From NCBI RefSeq assembly GCF_006345805.1, contig NC_043004.1, positions 102,052,001 through 102,116,000 of the forward strand: 64,000 bases of DNA, given 5' to 3'. This DNA comes from Octopus sinensis (Eukaryota). Shown one piece after another: positions 13,581-27,100 of this stretch; positions within the stretch are counted from its first letter, which is position 1, and each line of letters opens with the position of its first letter. Made by a program: the position numbers and the translations under genes. The notes beneath the pieces were generated by a model. That model was not told where the DNA came from. It did not search any database and saw only the letters and a program-made list of their open reading frames with translations.

Positions 13581-13999
13581 TTTGTATGTATGTATGTATG
13601 TATTTATGTATGCATGTATGTATTTATGTATGCATGTATGTATTTATGTATGCATGTATGTATGTATGTATGTATGTATGTATGTATGTATGCATTTATG
13701 TATGCATGTATGTATTTATGTATGTATGTATGTATGTATGCATTATGTATGTATGCATGCATGTATGTATGTATGTATGTATGTATGTATGTATGTATGC
13801 ATTATGTATGTATGCATGCATGTATGTATGTATGCATGTATGCATGTAGGTATGTATGTATGTATGTATGTATGTATGTGTGTATGTATGTATGTATGTA
13901 TGTATGCATTATGTATGTATGCATGCATGTATGTATGTATGCATGTATGCATGTATGTATGTATGTATGTATGTATGTATGAATGTATGTATGTATGTA

Positions 14000-14380
14000 T
14001 TCATACCAGGATTGACATTTTTTGCGATCGTGATGATTCTAACATCGAAATTGATTATGCTAGTGAATTGCTTCGGGCCTTCAGGGGAAGAGGTTTCGAT
14101 ATTGAAGGGTAGAATTCCACGATGTCAAACTATGTGAAATGTGAAACTGCAGGCTGATTTGTTCTCGACCGCGTGGAACCAGTCGATCACAGCTACACTG
14201 GAGTCTCATTGAATCAATCTTGTGCCCCTTCTAATACATATTGGATGGTATCAAGAATGCGCTTACTGATAATGTCTATCTCGCTTTTAGAATGGTTGAT
14301 CAGCCTGCATTTGGGATTAGAGAGAGAAATTAGGTTTGCGGTCCTTAGGGGTAATGAGGTGGGGTCACGTGACAAGGCGG
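14000..14380 (-). pseudogene. Decayed Penelope-like element reverse transcriptase fragment
   Basis: Minus-strand frames joined across frameshifts give [24 protein letters not shown] / [18 protein letters not shown] / FDIVEFYPSISKPL. These are typical PLE RT motifs (..CRLINP.KSEIG.ISK.ILD..; FDI..FYPSI). Confidence 0.85.
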
Positions 14381-14513
14381 TCTACACGAACCTCTATATT
14401 AAGGGATATGGCTATCTTCTTCGCTTCTGTATTTATGTTATTGTATGTGGAAGTGATAGTTTTCTTGTATGTCTTAGTGATCATATTTCTAAGGATATAT
14501 ATATATATATATA

Positions 14514-14619
<106 letters not shown>

Positions 14620-15293
14620 ATACACACACACTTACTTGGAAATGGATGTGTGGCATTCAATCGAATAATAATATAAAGTATATATATATAGGTATATATA
14701 CATACATATATGTACATGCTGACATATATCTATATATATAAAACTCAACTTGTGTGTCTGTGTGTGTATATGTGTGTGTGTCTGTGTGTTTAACTTCCCG
14801 GCACATCTCCTCCTAGCCAACAAATCGTAGAACCACCAAAATGTTTTCGTAACATTTTTAACGCTTTGAATTAAATGTGACCATTTTGCGTTGAGTCTGC
14901 AGTCTGAATCACTTTAACCAAATTTTAGCGGGCCGGATTTTTGATCCTCACGATACATTGCCAGCGACTCCCTGAAACTCTCCCCTGAAATCCCCGTTGA
15001 GAAATACTGATCTAAAAGAACAATTCAACAATGCAATTATTTGATCAACAAAAATTTATGAAACGTTCTACGTACTTCCTATTCAGGAAATGGAACACAT
15101 AAGCGCAAAAATAGAGGGCGTTAAATGCTTGATTTTAAAACCAAAATAATTGAATTTTGATTGAACTTCATCTAAGTTTAGCTTAATTCGCGTGTGCACA
15201 GAACGCACGAGCGCACGAGCCGGGCAATACTGCTAGTATATATATATAAGTAAATAAATGGAGTTGAACGCAGATGTTATTAAAATTCTTTTA

Positions 15294-15376
15294 CTTTCGA
15301 CATATGTTTCGAAGACAACATTGGTTTTATTCCAAAGGAATAAACGGTGTAAAATGCAATCTTCTCATCAGGAAAG
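15294..15376 (-). ncRNA. Type I hammerhead ribozyme with long stem II, intact core (second family)
   Basis: Minus strand: CUUUC-CUGAUGA-GAAGAUUGCAUU..UUUAUUCC-UUU-GGAAUAAA..AAUGUUGUCUUC-GAAA-CAUAUG-UC^GAAAG. Stem I is a perfect 5 bp, stem II has 11/12 pairs plus an inner 8-bp hairpin, helix III is the palindrome ACAUAUGU, and the triplet is GUC. Predicted cut between 15299 and 15298. Confidence 0.9.
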
Positions 15377-15459
15377 AAAGAGAGCCTATCTCAGCAACAA
15401 GACATTATAACAATTGTTGTAATGTCTTGTTGAGATAGGCTCTCTTTCTTTCATGTTGA
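15365..15459. repeat. ~90-bp spacer-less palindrome abutting the 15.3-kb hammerhead
   Basis: GAAAGAAAGAGAGCCTATCTCAGCAACAAGACATTATAACAA|TTGTTGTAATGTCTTGTTGAGATAGGCTCTCTTTCTTTC, followed by ATGTTGA, a decayed mirror of CTGATGA. Confidence 0.9.
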
Positions 15460-15705
15460 TATTTCGCCAAACCTTCCGAGTTCTTTTGCAAGGCTTAGAA
15501 AAACTGAAGGCCCGCTGCAGTAGGTGTGAGAATCTGAGAGGGGAATATGTTGACTAAAATCATAATTAACTGATCCTCCAGTATTTTCTTTTACCCAGTG
15601 CCAGGAACTTTTCAGCACCCCCTCATGTGTGTCTGTGTATACACACGCATATCGCCACTTTATGTTTATATCCAATTTATCCATGTAGTGCATCCTTCCC
15701 GCTTA

Positions 15706-15744
<39 letters not shown>

Positions 15745-17307
15745 CTCTCTCCTCATTTAACTATCTTTATTTCTTCTTCCCTTTCTTTTACTCTATTTAT
15801 TCTTCTACCTCTTGCACCTCATATATTCGAATATTGAGAGAACTCGTACGTAGTCGCTCCTCTTGCTAGAAATAGCAGCCATTTCACTCTGGAATCAAGC
15901 TACACTGAAAAATAAAATGAAACCTCATTGACTCTGTTAGAATGCTGATCTGAAGCTAAATACGAATAACAAAAATAATAAAAATGTATTTTGTTGTGAA
16001 GACAAAGAAGTCTTAACACGTATATCAACGAGAATGCCTTTATATCGTCTACCAAACTGCTAGAAATAACAGCTAAATCTCCCTCAAATCACAGCCTGCA
16101 GTCTTAAGAACGGGATGGATACATTAGTTAATGTAGTCCCAGATACTCGAAAAGATGGAATGGAAAGTATTCGATGATAGGCCTACCTACTCAGAGTTAC
16201 CCGGGTGCTAAACAACTACAAACCAACAAAGAGCTCCTACGCGACAACTCGACTTGCTAGACATAGTAGCCAAATACCCTAACATTCTGGTCCTCTTATC
16301 TCATCCTTAAAACAGTGGGGGAACTGTGGATAATATAGTCTTTTTTGTACTGTGTCTGTATAAAAGACAGGATGGTCGTGGCTGGAATGTCTTTGATGAT
16401 AGTACTGATTTGGAGCAATAACTGTTATTCTACAGCCCTTAAAAGACGAAATGATTACAATTGAAATGCGATCCATTAAGGGCTTAGAAGATCTGGGTTG
16501 ACCAAAGGCTAAAACAAACGGTAACTTTAGCAGCAGCTGTGAAACACCAGCTGTGAATTAGCAGCGACGTATTTACAATTTATAAAAAAATGTCCAGATG
16601 AAAGAAATCTCTAAAACCGATTTGTCATCCGCATCATTTATTTTTATTGCTCGTAAATTGTTGGGAGTTGTTCATCACACGCAGAAATTGTCATTGATTG
16701 ATCCAAGCTAATGTGGATGCCTCTCTACGGGTTACACGACCTATTAGAAATTGGCCGCTAAATTTTCCTCAAATAGCGTACTACCGTCTTACAAAGTAAA
16801 AAAATAACAATAAAATGTCACTGTCATTCTAGGCGCAGGTGTGGCTGTGTGGTAAGAAGTTTGCTTCCCAACAACATGGTTCCGGGTTCAGTCCCACTGC
16901 GTGGCACCTTGGGCAAATGTCTTCTACTATAGCCTTGGACCGACCAAAACCTTGTAGATCTGATTTAGTAAATAGAAGCTAAAAGAAGACCGTCGTGTGT
17001 GTATGTGTGAAGGGTTTCTTTCAGTTTTCGTCTACCAAATCCACTCAATGTTTTGGTCAGCCCGGGGCTATAGTAGGAGGCCTTTCCCTTAGGTGTCACG
17101 CAATGGGGCGAAGCCCAGAACGATGTAGCTGAGAAATAAGCTTCTCATCACAGTATCAGGCTTGCGTCTATATCAGTGTTTCTCAACCTTTTTACTCTTG
17201 CGTAAACCTTAAAATAAATTACATGTCTCGAGGAACCCCTGCTCAAAAAAATATCATATAACTATCTTTTTCATCGAAGTTCAAATGGTAAATATCACAC
17301 ATATATG

Positions 17308-17380
<73 letters not shown>

Positions 17381-17727
17381 TATATAGTGTAATAAATAAA
17401 TATATGCATACATACAAACATATATGTACGTACCGACATCTACATGTATATATACATGCATATATAAATATATATACGTACAGGACACCACAAAAAGACG
17501 TAAAACTCAACAGAAACGAAAACGGAAAAGCCATTTTGTTACAACAGAAGGACATAGACGTGGAACAGGACGAGAACGAAAACGGGAAAAACATTTTCGA
17601 ATTTTCGAATTTTCACTTCGTTCCGTCTCTATCCTCCCAGTATTGTTTTATAGTATATATATATTATATTTGTTCCACGTCCTCGCGTTGTTGTGTTTTT
17701 TTTTTTTGTGTTTTCTTGTTTGGATTA

Positions 17728-17784
<57 letters not shown>

Positions 17785-19399
17785 CGGGTGTCCATAAATT
17801 ACAGACATCACTAAATATATCCCCAATGGTTGTTATATGTTTTTGATAACATAATCGGTTAGATAGGATGATGTCTGTATTACAATATTACAATAACCAG
17901 TAATACGTTGTGCATGTAGAGTAATATTACGATCATGAAGTTGGCATTAGCTTATCTCACTCTTTCTCGGGGAACCGCTAGGAACCTTTTGTGGAACCCT
18001 AGGGTTCTGGGGTACCCCGGTTGAGAAAGGCTGGTCTATATAGTAAAAAAACAAAACAATGCGTGTGCACGTGTGTATGTGTGTGTGTGTGTTTGTGTTT
18101 TCCCTCACCACCACTTGACAACCGATGTTGTTTTGTTGACGTCCCTGTAACTTTTTCGGTTCGACAAAAGAGATCGAAAGGAATTAGTACCACGCTTTAC
18201 AAAAAATTAAGTACTGGGGTTGATATGTTCGACTAAAAGTCGTCAAGGTGGTGTTCCAGCATGGCCGCAGTTCAGTGACTGAAACAAGTAAAAGATAAAA
18301 GATTAAGATAATTCTGCTTAATCAGATCAGGGGCACATGAAGCTAAATAACAACAATTTCCAGTGAATTTTGTACCCTTCAATAATATTTCGGGGTTCCT
18401 TGAATGGTTGTAGTTGGCGACAGTCCTCTTGGCGCTTTGTCATATACATATATGATATATACAATGTGGCTATAGACAAAGAGAATCGACATCTGGAGCT
18501 TGAAAAGAAGCACTGCAGGATGCTAAACAGAGTAGTAGGTAAACCCAGTTTGAAATAGACTCACAGTGCAAGTTCTTAGGATGGTTTTCGTGGCCGAGCG
18601 ATATGCACCGCAGTTCAAAGAAATAAGATCACCCGAAGGTTTCGAGTTCATTCTCCACTAAGGGTAGCACTTCAGAAACAGCAGGAAGGCACCTAGGATT
18701 CATGACTTAGCGGGTCCCTGATCCCTTGGAGTGTCAGAAACTAACGGGCTGGAGTACTTGCTTAAAGAGAGTTCTTCCTCTGAAGATTTCTCCTGAATGA
18801 AAACCAATATATCTTACAGAACGGTTTTACGCTGAAGAACCTTTCAAATTATGGATAGGTAAACAAAACTCATCGGACATGGCTGAACGAAAACGCATAG
18901 CTTCCAAATAACCATATCCGATAATCGTTAATCGTTTATACTTATACTAAAAATTTTGAAGGTTCTTCAGCTTGAAACCGTTCGGTAACATAAATTGGCT
19001 GTTATGAGACTAAATTTATATTACATAAGCCAAGATAATTTTTTGCTACAACGTGTGGTTAACATTTAAATAACAGGATGAAAAAAAAGGTGCTAAATAA
19101 TATAATTTAAAGTTTACATTCTATTCAGTGATCTCCTCCAATGTGCTGGGTTTTTTTCTTCTTCATATAGGGAGCGATTTGAGGATGAATTAGTTGCTGT
19201 TTCTAGTAAGTCAAATAACTGCATTAAAAAAAAAGCACTCATTAGCTTGCGTAATAGTTCCTCAATTTGAATGAGATAAACTTTTGAGTATTATATGTCC
19301 GTGCCACTTCAAATGCCATCGCGATTTCAATTCTAGTTCCCCACCTCCCAACATAGCTGACAGATTCTGCGTTAATCGTGCGCCATAGTTGCGCTTATG

Positions 19400-19431
<32 letters not shown>

Positions 19432-19604
19432 TGTATGTATGTATGTATGTATGTACGTATGTATGTATGTTTTTGTGTGCACATATATATATATATATAT
19501 ATATATATGTAGGTCCCGGGTTGAGTCGGGGTTAACCACAGTAAATAAGGTACTCAATACATAGCAGAGTTATTTGTCCTGTAGAAACTCCTTCTATAGA
19601 ATAA

Positions 19605-19644
<40 letters not shown>

Positions 19645-19880
19645 CATATATGCATGCATGTACGTATGTATGCATGTCTTTTCTATTCTAGGCACAAGGC
19701 CTGAAATTTTTAGGGAGGGGGGCAGTCGATTAGATTGACCCCAGTGCGCAACTGGTACTTAATTTATCGATCCCGAAAGGATGAAAGGCAAGTCGACTTC
19801 GTCGGAATTTGAACTCAGATCGTAGCGGCAGACGAAATACCGCAAAGCATTTCGCCCGGTGTGCTAACGTTTCTGCCAGC

Positions 19881-20012
<132 letters not shown>

Positions 20013-20021
20013 GCGTTGTTG

Positions 20022-20058
<37 letters not shown>

Positions 20059-20157
20059 CATACATACATACATACATACATACATGTATGTATGGATGTG
20101 TATGTATATATATATATATACATACATATATACATACATATATATATACATACATAT

Positions 20158-20548
20158 AGGCGCAGGAGTGGCTGTGTGGTAAGTAGCTTGCTTACCAACC
20201 ACATGGGTCCGGGTTCAGTCCCACTGCGTGGCATCTTGGGCAAGTGTCTTCTACTGTAGCCCCGGGCCGACCAATGCCTTGTGAGTGGATTTGGTAGACG
20301 GAAACTAAAAGAAGCCTGTCGTATATATGTATATATATATATATGTGTGTGTGTTTGTGTTTGTCCCCCTAGCATTGCTTGACAACCGATGCTGGTGTGT
20401 TTACGTCCCCGTCACTTAGCGGTTCGGCAAAAGAGACCGATAGAATAAGTACTGGGCTTACAAAGAATAAGTCCCGGGGTCGATTAACTCGACTAAAGGC
20501 GGTGCTCCAGCATGGCCGCAGTCAAATGACTGAAACAAGTAAAAGAGT
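20158..20548 (+). mobile_element. SINE family A (tRNA-like head, internal (TA)n(TG)n microsatellite, LINE-like 3' tail) - representative full-length copy
   Basis: Head GGCGCAGGAGTGGCTGTGTGGTAAG (A box) ...GGGTTCAGTCCC (B box); CTTGGGCAAGTGTCTTC; internal SSR; tail GGCGGTGCTCCAGCATGGCCGCAGTCAAATGACTGAAACAAGTAAAAGAG. Other copies (approximate): 536-940+, 1215-1530-, 2486-2895+, 5030-5330+, 7035-7436+, 9519-10180+, 16831-16990+, 21480-21925+, 25495-25825+, 32110-32270+, 35597-36040-, 36360-36768+, 37058-37520-, 44690-45085+, 46806-47050+, 47145-47572+, 50632-51030+, 57820-58222+, 62613-63030-. Confidence 0.92.
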
Positions 20549-20659
20549 ATACATACATCTATGTGTGAGTATATATATACATATGTATGCATGTGTGTGT
20601 ATGTATATATATATATACATATGTATGCATGTGTGTGTATATATATACCAGCTAACCCA

Positions 20660-20930
20660 ATAATGGATATCCTATCAATCTTTACGCTCATATACCACCA
20701 AATTCGCGGCCACCAAACTCGCCAGATTTAAATTACATGGACTGCTACGTTTGGAGGAAAGAAATGAATAAGGTCCGTTTAAAGCCGGCATGTCAATTCC
20801 GGTCCTGTATTGAAGCAATCAGAGAAGATGGAAGCGGATCAAGAGAAAATTTTTATAAGAAAGCTTATCAAAAATATACGGGCAAATTTTTATGGAAACG
20901 CATTTGGTTTTTGCTAAATTAGTCTTATTA
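20660..20930 (+). mobile_element. Tc1/mariner transposase C-terminal remnant
   Basis: ...RPPNSPDLNYMDCYVW, similar to the WPPxSPDLNPxDY motif. Confidence 0.65.
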
Positions 20931-21615
20931 AATAGCCAAATATGTCCTCAAACACCTGTCACAATTTGTGTGTGTGTGTGTGTGTAAACATGTATGCGTG
21001 TGTGTGTTTATGTGTGTATATGTCTGTGTGTCTGTGTTTATAGTTTTTCACCCCCACTACTTGTCAACCGGTGTTGATTTGTTTACGCCTCTGTAACAGA
21101 GGTTTAGCAAACTAAGACTAACAGAATAGGTACCAGACAAATTAGGTACGGTGGCGAGCTGGTAGAAACGTTAGTGCGCTGGACGAAATGCTTAGCGGTT
21201 TTTCGTCTGCCGTTACGTTCTGAGTTCAAATTCCGCCGAGGACGACTTCGCCTTTCATCCTTCCGGAGTCGGTAAATTAAGTACCAGTTACGCACTGGGG
21301 TCGATGTAATCGACTTAATCCCTTTGTCTGTCCTTGTTTGCTCCCTCTATGTTTAGCCTCTTGTGAACAATAAAGAAATAAGAGTAGATACCAGACATTA
21401 AACAAATCGTTCTGGAGACGAATTAACGATTTGTTCGACTAAACCCTTCAAGTTGGTGCCCCAGTATGGACGCAGTCTGGAGGCTTCTCAATCACATAGT
21501 TTCAGGTTCAGTCCCACTACGTGGTATCTTGAGCAAATTCTTTTCCTATAGCCTCGGGTCGATCAAAGCCTTGTAAGTGAATTTGGTAGACTGAAAGAAA
21601 CCCGTTGTATATATA

Positions 21616-21719
<104 letters not shown>

Positions 21720-21929
21720 GTCTTGTGTATGTATTTGTCCCCATCACCTATTAACAAGCGGCGTTGGTGTGTTTATGTCCCTGTAACATAGTGGTTCGGC
21801 TAAGCGACCGACAGAATTAGTACCAACCTTAAAAATAAGTACTGAGGTCGATTCGTTCGACTAAAATTCTTCAAGGTGGTGCCCCAGTATGGCCGCAGTC
21901 TAATGACTGAAATAAATGAAAGAATTCGG

Positions 21930-22320
21930 CGAAAAGTGAAAGGCTGAGAAAATGAGAAAACAAGCGTGCAAAGGAGTGGAGTTTGAATGTTGTCTCGTTC
22001 TGACGGTGGAGAATTTTTGATTTGTTGCGGTTGAGCGATCACGAGGCGCAATGGGTAGTTGATGCAGCCGATAAAAAGGAAGCAGTTAACACTTAAATAG
22101 ATGTTTGGAGTACATGAAGCCAGCAAGTTCAAAGAGACGGAATCAATAGTAAATTGAAACGATATGGTAGGGTAAAGGGGAAGAAAGAAGTTAAGTCGGT
22201 GATGTAGAATCTGATAGACTTGCTAAGAGATCTTTCGATTTGATTGAAAACATCAGTAAATAAGATGAGTGAACTTTTAAAGATGTAGTATCAGTAGTAT
22301 TCCATGGTAGGGTGGTCATT
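21930..22320 (-). pseudogene. Heavily decayed non-LTR retrotransposon ORF2 C-terminal region
   Basis: Frame-broken weak resemblance only (LPWNTTDTTSLK.., FTLPYRFN.., LLASCTP.., TVRTRQHS). Confidence 0.35.
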
Positions 22321-23299
22321 GTTGTTGTTGTTGTTGTTATTAGTGATGGTGATGGGGGTCTTATTTGCAAACTTATAACCAAAAGCGTACCGGCCATGAT
22401 CAATAGACAGACAAAGCGGGTTGTTAAAAAGTTTTAGAATACCCAGGAAAATCCCTTTAAATTTAGATGAAATGGTTCATTTTCAACAAGATATCGATAT
22501 TGTAGCAATTTCTTCCAGACATACGCAGCGTTGGGATCTCTTCCGTTTGGCTGCCAGCATTTCAAAAACCAATGTTTATCGAAAATTTTAAGATTTTCCA
22601 AGCTAAATTACTGATGTTATTTCACTTTTACTATAAAAATCATTTCAAAATGTTGTAGAGGTTTAAAGTTTGATCACTTTCACCCAGTCAGGAGACAGGA
22701 TTTGGAAGCTGTCTTTTATAATTTGAAGCATTCAATAAGCATTTAAAGTGATAGTACGAACTTAAAAGATTTATCCAAAAATGTTATTTAGCCGTTATTT
22801 TTGGCACACCTCACAACCACTAACAACACGTCTTTTGTAGTTTTACGCATGTGATAGCACGAACTTAATTACAAATTAAATATTTTAAAAAACCAAACAT
22901 TCTGTTGACCAATTCATAAATTCACATGCTCAATTGTCAACAGATAGGTAAAACAAGTGGTTTCAATATATTTGTCAACCTGTACTTTCTCTCAGACAAA
23001 AGAGTTCTCATTTTCTGCTTATTACTTTGAAAGAGGCATGACTGTGTCGGTGGCTTACAATTGGCTAAAATTACCCAAATTTTTCAAGCTTTAATTGCTA
23101 ATAATTCTTTATCTAATGGTTTATTGCGAAAGGGATCTTCATGTCATTAATTAGCTTACAAAAGTGTATCATTACACTGAATATGAAATCAATTCGAACA
23201 GAAATTGATACTGGCAACCAAACGGAAAAGATCCAAGCATTGCCGTTAATATGAAACTTTTCGCCTTTTACGACTCATCCATTTTTGTCACGTACGACA

Positions 23300-24150
23300 T
23301 TTAGCGTGTATTTATAGTGTATATTTGTAGTGTGTATGTTTGTAGTGTATATTTGTAGTGTATATTTGTAATGAGTGTTTGTAGTGTATATTGATGGTAT
23401 ACATGTGTCGTGTATATTTGTAGTGTATACCGTAAATCCTCGAGTCTAGTCCGCCCTTGAGTATAATACGCAGGGGATTTTTAGGGGGTTGTACCTCTGA
23501 AAAACCTAAACCTTGTATATAATACGCACCCATTCTCTAATCGGGCGTAATTAAGCCAGCAACGCCTAGTCGAACAAACACTTCCGCGCATGCGTAATAC
23601 AATAATGATATTCTTAATTGTTATATGGGAATGTAAATATGTTTGCAAATTGTTTTTGTCATATGCTATTCTGTGTTATGAATACTTTTATTTTAATAAA
23701 TGTTGCTTACTGCAAGTTATAGATGATTCTTCATTGCTTTCAGGCTTAGCTTAAGGTATTTTCACACCCGACATCACAAAATGCGTCTGAATAAATATTA
23801 GCGGAGAGCAAATAGAGACTCGGACATTGCTTAGAAAATATTTTTCATTTTTAACCTCATATATAGTACGCACTATGGATTTTGACCTTTAAATTTTGGA
23901 AAAAAAAGTGCGGATTGTCCTCGAAGATTTACGGTATTTGTAGTACGTTTGTAGTGTACATTTGTTGTTTTGCATATTTATAATGTATATTTCTAGTACA
24001 TATTTTTAATGCGTATTTATAGTGTTTTTTTTTTGGTAACGTATATTGTAGTGAATATGTGTGGAGTGTTTCTTGTAGTGTATATTGTAGTGTAAATTTG
24101 CAGTGTATATTTGTAATATGTATTTATAGTGTATATTCGTAATGTGTATT
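23300..24150. repeat. Degenerate ~13-14-bp minisatellite (GTGTATATTTGTA), split by the MITE
   Basis: Units are present on both sides of 23428-23936. Confidence 0.8.
23428..23936. mobile_element. pogo/Tigger-type non-autonomous DNA transposon (MITE) with TA TSD
   Basis: TIRs TACCGTAAATCCTCGAGTCTAGTCCGC / GCGGATTGTCCTCGAAGATTTACGGTA; inserted into a minisatellite. Confidence 0.85.
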
Positions 24151-24946
24151 TATAGAGAAGTATGCATTGATGGAAATGGGTTTAGAGAAATAGGTTTACG
24201 GGAACTCCTAGCATCACAGAAGAGTCCATCAGAAATGAACAAAGTGATCACCAATTGATGTTTTGATCTCTGAATTTAGTCTTTGATATGAAGTATATAT
24301 ATTCAAAGTGAAGACCTCAAAATACTAGATGCTTCTCGTGTCATTATATGTTTATCATCCAATTAAGGTGGCGAGCTGGCAGAAACGTTAGCATGCCGGG
24401 CGAAATGCTTAGCGGTATTTCGTCTGCCGTTACGTTCTTATCGACGTACTGGGGTCGATATAATCAACTTAATCCGTTTGCCTGTCCTTGTCTGTCCTCT
24501 CTGTGTTTAGCCCCTTGTGGGTAGTAAAGAAATAGGTATTTCGCCTGCACCTACGTTCTGGGTTCAAATTCCGCTGAGGTCGATTTACCTTTCATCCTTT
24601 CGGGATCGATGAAATAAGTACCAGTAACGCACTGAGTTCGATATAATCGACTAGCTCCCTTCCCCTCAAAATTTCAAAGCCTTGTGCCTAGAGTAGAAAT
24701 AATTATGTATTAATTATTCATGACATATCTTGATTTTGAAAAAGAGCTAAGCCAATGTTTTCCCCCTTGTTATCTGAAAGCAAACCTACGAGTTTGTTCA
24801 CATTTTCATAACCTAAAATCAACGAGGGTCTACAAAAACCTGTACTCAGTGAGGAACTGGCAAGATTTTAACAACCGGTTCTTTGAGGTACCGAAATTTT
24901 AACAAACAGTTCTCCATATAAAAATATATATGTGTGTGTGCGTGTG

Positions 24947-24994
<48 letters not shown>

Positions 24995-26029
24995 GAATTT
25001 ATTTTATTATTTATATGTTTGTTTATCGAATATTCTTTAAACATATTAACATATATACCGAGGAATCGAGTATTTCTGCCCCTCACCCCATCCTTCAAAC
25101 GATAGACATCTTTGAAATTAAAGAATAAGAAAACTACACAAAGAACAATAAACAGATAGATATTAAATCTAAATAAATGCGTACTATAACAAGAAAACAC
25201 ATATTACATTTTAAATGTGAATAAGGCAAATCAATTATATAAATGAAGAATCAAAGAATATTTGGCTTAAGAACAACAATATGAATGCTTTCGAGAGCTT
25301 GACTTCCACTATGCTGAGATATGTTTCAGCATTATCCATGCTCAAATTCTTTTCAAGTAACTATCAGGTAACACTTCATCAGTTTCAATTTTTATTGGCA
25401 TGAAACCAACAGGACTCAATAGTTAATTTATGTAAGTGAAAGTGAACAGACTTTAGAAAATTTGTTGTGTGGTTTACAATATGTTGGTCAAACACATCGC
25501 AACTACATTGTTCCAGGTTCATTCCCACTGCGTGGCACCTTGGGCAAGTGTCTTCTACTATAGCTTTGGGTCGACCAAAGCCTTGTGAGTGGATTTGCTA
25601 GACAGAAGCTGAAAGAATCCCGTTGTATGTGTGTGTGTGTCACCCCACTATTGCTTGACAACCGATGTTGGTGTATTTGCGTTCCTGAAACTTAGCGGTT
25701 CGGCAAAAGAGTCCGATAGAATGAGTACTAGGCTTACAAAGAATAAGTCTTGGGGTCGATTTGTTCGACTAAAAGTGGTGCTCCAGCATGGCTGCAGTCA
25801 AATAACTGAAACAAGTAAAAGAAAAAAGATATTTAAGGTGGTGCTCTAGCATGGCCTCAGTCGAATGACTGAAACGTGATATATATATATATATGTGTGT
25901 GTGTGTCCGATCGGACACAGAATGTGTGTCATTAGCCAGCTGAAAGAGATGTCTTCCTGGGGCTATAAACGTCAGTAACACTGTTCCGTATAGGACGTCA
26001 CACTTGGTTGGCAATTATATGTTACGATA

Positions 26030-26078
<49 letters not shown>

Positions 26079-27100
26079 TATATATATATTTTTTTTTTTT
26101 TTACCCCTCTGCGAAAAGATCTCAGAATTTTAATTGATTTGCTTTTCGTAGGAAGGAAGTTTTCTTCGAAGTATACGTCTCGCTTTTATCCTTCGAAACG
26201 TTTAGTAGATGAAACCTTAGCGACTGAAGAAGGGGATTTTTCGTTGTGCTTATTGTCCTGTATCTCTTTTTGTTTTGCTTGTCTTGTTCCTTGGCTTGTG
26301 TCTATGTTTTTCGTCTCTCTATGTGTTCGACGTCTTTTTGGTGTCCTGTACACATATGCGTGTATATGTACATGTAGAGGTAGGTACGTACATATATGTT
26401 TATATATATGCATATGTTCTATTTTATTAACATATATATATATATATTATATATATATATATACATATATGACTGGACTATTTCAGTTTCCGAACACAGA
26501 TACTGCGCAGAAGTTAGGCATTTAATAATTCAATAATAATTCTTTCTAATTTGGCACACGGCCCAGTAACATTTAAGGAAGGGTAAAAGTCGATTACATC
26601 GATCCAGTTCTTGACTGGTACTCTATTTTTATCAACTCCGAAAGTATGAAAGGCAAAGTCGACCTCGGCGGAATCTTTAACTTAGAACGTAAAATCGAAA
26701 GAAAGGCTTCTAACCATTTTGTCCGGTGTGCTAACGATTCTGCCTGTTCTTTGCCTTGGAAAGCATTCAGTAAAAATAAAAGCATTTAAAGATTGAAAGT
26801 ATTTAATGAGAAAATGATTTCATAATTTGACACGCTAATCTCCAATAAAACTGAAATTTTAATTCAATTCAGCTTTAGCAATAATGGTATATTGTGAAGC
26901 ATAAATTTCAGTGCGTCTATCATTCTTACTTTTTGTAATATAATTAAAGAATTTAAGGCTGCGTGCTGGCAGAATCGTTAGTATGTCGGTCAAAATGTCT
27001 AGGGGTATTTCATCCGTCCTTACGTTCTGAGTTCAAATTCCGCCAAGGTCGACTTGGCCTTTCATCCTTTCGGGATCGATAAAGTAAATAGTAGTTGAGC

